DNA of 64,000 bases from Tubulanus polymorphus (taxonomy: Eukaryota > Animalia > Nemertea). The notes under the pieces were generated by a model, which worked only from the letters and a program-made list of their open reading frames with translations, did no database searches and had not been told where the DNA came from. The stretch spans positions 9,775,859 to 9,839,858 of the forward strand of contig NC_134036.1 of NCBI RefSeq assembly GCF_964204645.1, written 5' to 3'. Below, in pieces: positions 60,801-64,000 of the stretch. Within the stretch, counting starts at the first letter, position 1. Every line of letters begins with the position of its first letter. Position numbers and translations under genes: made by a program.

Positions 60801-63800
60801 TTTTCTCAATGTAAATTAAAAAAAGATAGTTTTCCTTTAATGAGAAACGAGGCATATATTTTGTTTAGCCTTACATATATTGTCGAACAATTGATAGACT
60901 TAATACCTAAAACGCACTACGTTCACATTCAGTACCTAAGAACAGCTGCAAAAACGTGAGAATAGCGCCAGGAACAAGTGACGAGATCACGAGTTATTCC
61001 ATTTGAAGAGCAGTATGAATTGTTTTTGGCAATATTCATAAGAACTATTAACTGTTTTGAAGAGCAGCGAGCTAGTTACTGTTTCTGAAGTCTCATCTCG
61101 CTTGTGTTATCATCTCGCTAGTGTAACTTATTGACTGTACGACTTCAGCCTTGTTAATTGGCATCTACGATCGAAACATTAGAATCAGTAGTTCTAGTCG
61201 AACAGCTGTTCTTTACTTATGTTTTGAATATGAATAGACTTTATACCTAAAACGCAGTACAATTACCATGTTATAGATTCCTTATTCAGACTCAGCGAAA
61301 AACGATCGGTATTCAAACTTAAGAAAAACCTATGAACGCGTATAAAAGAATTACATGTAAACTTCGATGGAAAGAAAAACATGTTTTTAAAGCTTTCAAA
61401 ACAGTGCGGAATACATTTTCATCTTTGCGTTTTCTACATCTAGGCTTTGTTCGGTTAAACGCACTATTACACAATTTTCTGACACCGATTCCCTTTTTTT
61501 CGTCACGTGCGTCGCAAAACAGACACAGAACGTATCTCATTTACAGAATTCAAAACTAAGATTTTGAGTTGGTTATGCGATTCTGCAATTGTGTTGTATG
61601 ATTGTGCAATATCAGTTCCATCAATATCTGAATGGATATCAACCGGTTAATTGGATTTTCCATGCGAAGAAACCAGGGTTTTAAAGTCAGATTTAGCGTT
61701 GTTTGACAGTTTAGACATAACACTGTAAACATTTATTAGATTATTCACCTCATAGATCTGGTGATCATGGGCGCAAAGTTGATGTAGGTGATAACGAAGG
61801 TGATAACGTCGAGATAATAAACAAAATATGACCAAGAGCTGATTCTTGTGGCACTCCGCAACTTGAGGCTGGCTGGGTGAGCCCGATACCTCGACTGTGG
61901 CGATTTGCTTAGGTCCTCGAGCAAACAGCGGTCGATGTTTCAAAACCGTCGCAAGCGTCAATACAGATAATGAAATATATGTTCATGATTCGTGTTTGCC
62001 TTGTGCCTTTTGACGAATAGAGACATACAAAACACAAAATTGAAAAATTGAACGATTTGACAGCATCAATCATATATTTTGCTTATTCTCAATGTAAATA
62101 TATAATTCTCCACTCTGCATTCATTGGCTCACGTTTTAGTTAAATCGCTTTGACGTTGCTAATCAAGATTGAAATTCTACTGAGTGTTTCGTAAAAAATC
62201 TATCTTATCCATGTTGGAAAATGTAGGTATTCAACAACTTTTTTGCTAAAACGACTGAATCTATCATTTTGCCAAGGCTGGAGACGTACAGTCAATGGGT
62301 AATAATGGCGAGATGAGGGACTTCAAATATGCTGTCTAGCTCGGTGCTCTTCAAACTGTTAGCAGTTCCGATCTAGGCTCCTTAGAACACTTCACAGTTC
62401 TCTTCAAATGTAATGTCTCTTGTTCCCTTCACCTGCTCAGCGAAATTTATATTCCCATTTTGGTGACTACTTCTAAAGCAACTACATTTCTTGGTTGCGC
62501 AACTCCGAAGGCTGAAATACACAGAAAATTTGCGACACCAGGAACAAGGTAGTAAATAACGGTTAATTAGTTCGTTGTCAATGTCTGAGAATGTAGGAAT
62601 GTAAGTAAACTCGGGTACGATTTCCTAATTCGGACATTACAGAAGCTGTGTACATATTCATTATTCATGTCATGCTATAGAGTTCAGCGTTAGTAAAATC
62701 CGTAACAGAACAAACAGTTCAATTATTTCATATCTATATCATGATATATACGCTGTTTCGTCCGAAGTTTTCGAATGAACACATCTAATGATGTTTCGAA
62801 GAAACATCTAGACTTCAAATCTGAATTTTAACATCGGATACGAACTACTTCGTACTCAAGCGTCAACACGTGGGACCGGGCCGAGAATTTAAAACAAATG
62901 ATGTGGCCGCTTGAAGTAAATGGAGTCAGTTGAAATCTACATTTTTTAGCAAAACCCTTTTTGGCATTTCAATCTCGGTTATTTTAACATATTTTTCGTC
63001 ACTCTAATAAATTCACATCAATAATCAGTCTTCCTGGATTTCCGGTCTCTTTATCTTACTATGCCAAGCGATGGCTCTCACTAGGAAAAACATGTGAGTC
63101 ATTTCAGATGAACTATTTCCTAACACTGCGAGCGATGCTATTGATGACAGCGTCATTCGTGCCGGCATCAACTGACGTGGGGTCATGCACGACAACGCGG
63201 GCTAACAATGGTAAGTCCCAATGCACTGGTACTGACAATCATACGCCTTAGTAATGGGGTACCCGAAGTACTACCGTGGCAATCTAGGATTCCACATATG
63301 GCAGGCAAAGATCCGTGAAGTCCGCTATATAGTTGCTCGTCCACTCTCAATTTCCTTCTACATTGCAATGAAATCTGACCTTTACTCGTAAATGAATCAA
63401 TTGTTTATGAAGACTATCCAAATCTGTTAAGAAGAATGAAAGTATTGTATATTGAGTATACAATAGTGAGGTGAGTCCTGTGAAAGTATATGGATCCGGA
63501 ATATGCAACAAACAACTTACTGCTCGTCACGCCATCTGGTGGGATAGCTGGTTTTGCGGGTACCCCATTATTTTCAATACGTCATGTTAATGATGTTGAT
63601 TCAGTAATCGCAATGTTATATGCCAGTTGTTTTTTTTTCAATTGCAGGGTGCAATTGAATGTATCTTTGGTTTGGCAGGTTTTTCTGTCTGTAAGTTTTT
63701 TTTCTAATGTCGTAGTTTTCTTAGCCAAGTCAATACATTGTTTAATATGTCAAAGTTGAGTCATTCACATGACATGTTCTAATAGTTTCTTTCTTCATCT

Positions 63801-63876
63801 CCACTTCGCCTATTTGGATTTAAATGCAAGAGTGGAATTTCAAAGAAAAGAGATCGTCATCTTTTTTTGTCATCAG

Positions 63877-63996
63877 GTCGTCGAAACTCCGTTGGATGTT
63901 TTAAAGACGGCCCAAAAAGAGATCTTACATTGTTCGCGATGAACGGGGACAGAAACATGACTATCGAGAAATGCATTGGTATGTGTATGGACAGAG
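63877..63996 (+). CDS. Exon encoding the N-terminal half of a WSC domain
   Basis: Polypyrimidine-CAG acceptor, 120-bp phase-1/1 exon RRNSVGCFKDGPKRDL..NMTIEKCIGMCMDR, GTAA donor at the window edge. Confidence 0.8.
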
Positions 63997-64000
63997 GTAA

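Overview
This is repeat-rich genomic DNA from an animal, with spliced genes, decayed LINEs and MITEs. The GPCR and repeat families suggest a marine invertebrate, probably a lophotrochozoan (inference). The centrepiece is a complete, very AT-rich 17,540-bp Polinton/Maverick-type endogenous virus (19824-37363) with a perfect 6-bp target-site duplication (GTCTGG) and 442-bp terminal inverted repeats (TIRs). It encodes a protein-primed PolB, an rve integrase with chromodomain, an A32-like ATPase, major and minor capsid candidates, an HNH nuclease and about seven predicted membrane proteins, but no recognisable cysteine protease. Three features are unusual. (1) 14 of 16 genes start at the poxvirus post-replicative initiator TAAATG. 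(2) These starts fall into an A-tract class (mostly enzymes and DNA-handling genes) and a T-tract class (capsid and membrane genes), like poxvirus intermediate and late promoters. (3) Each TIR begins with a 269-nt fold-back hairpin that ends flush with the terminus. Together these suggest an integrated, virophage-like parasite of a cytoplasmic pox-like virus (hypothesis). The rest of the window holds two decayed CR1/L2-group LINEs, a PD-(D/E)xK-like pseudogene, the eight 3' exons of TP53BP1 (minus strand), a GPCR fragment, a 10.1-kb EnSpm/CACTA-type transposon inserted into a Helentron-type (HINE) repeat, several MITEs and tandem arrays, and one WSC-domain exon at the right edge. All calls are by eye from motifs; no database searches were run.
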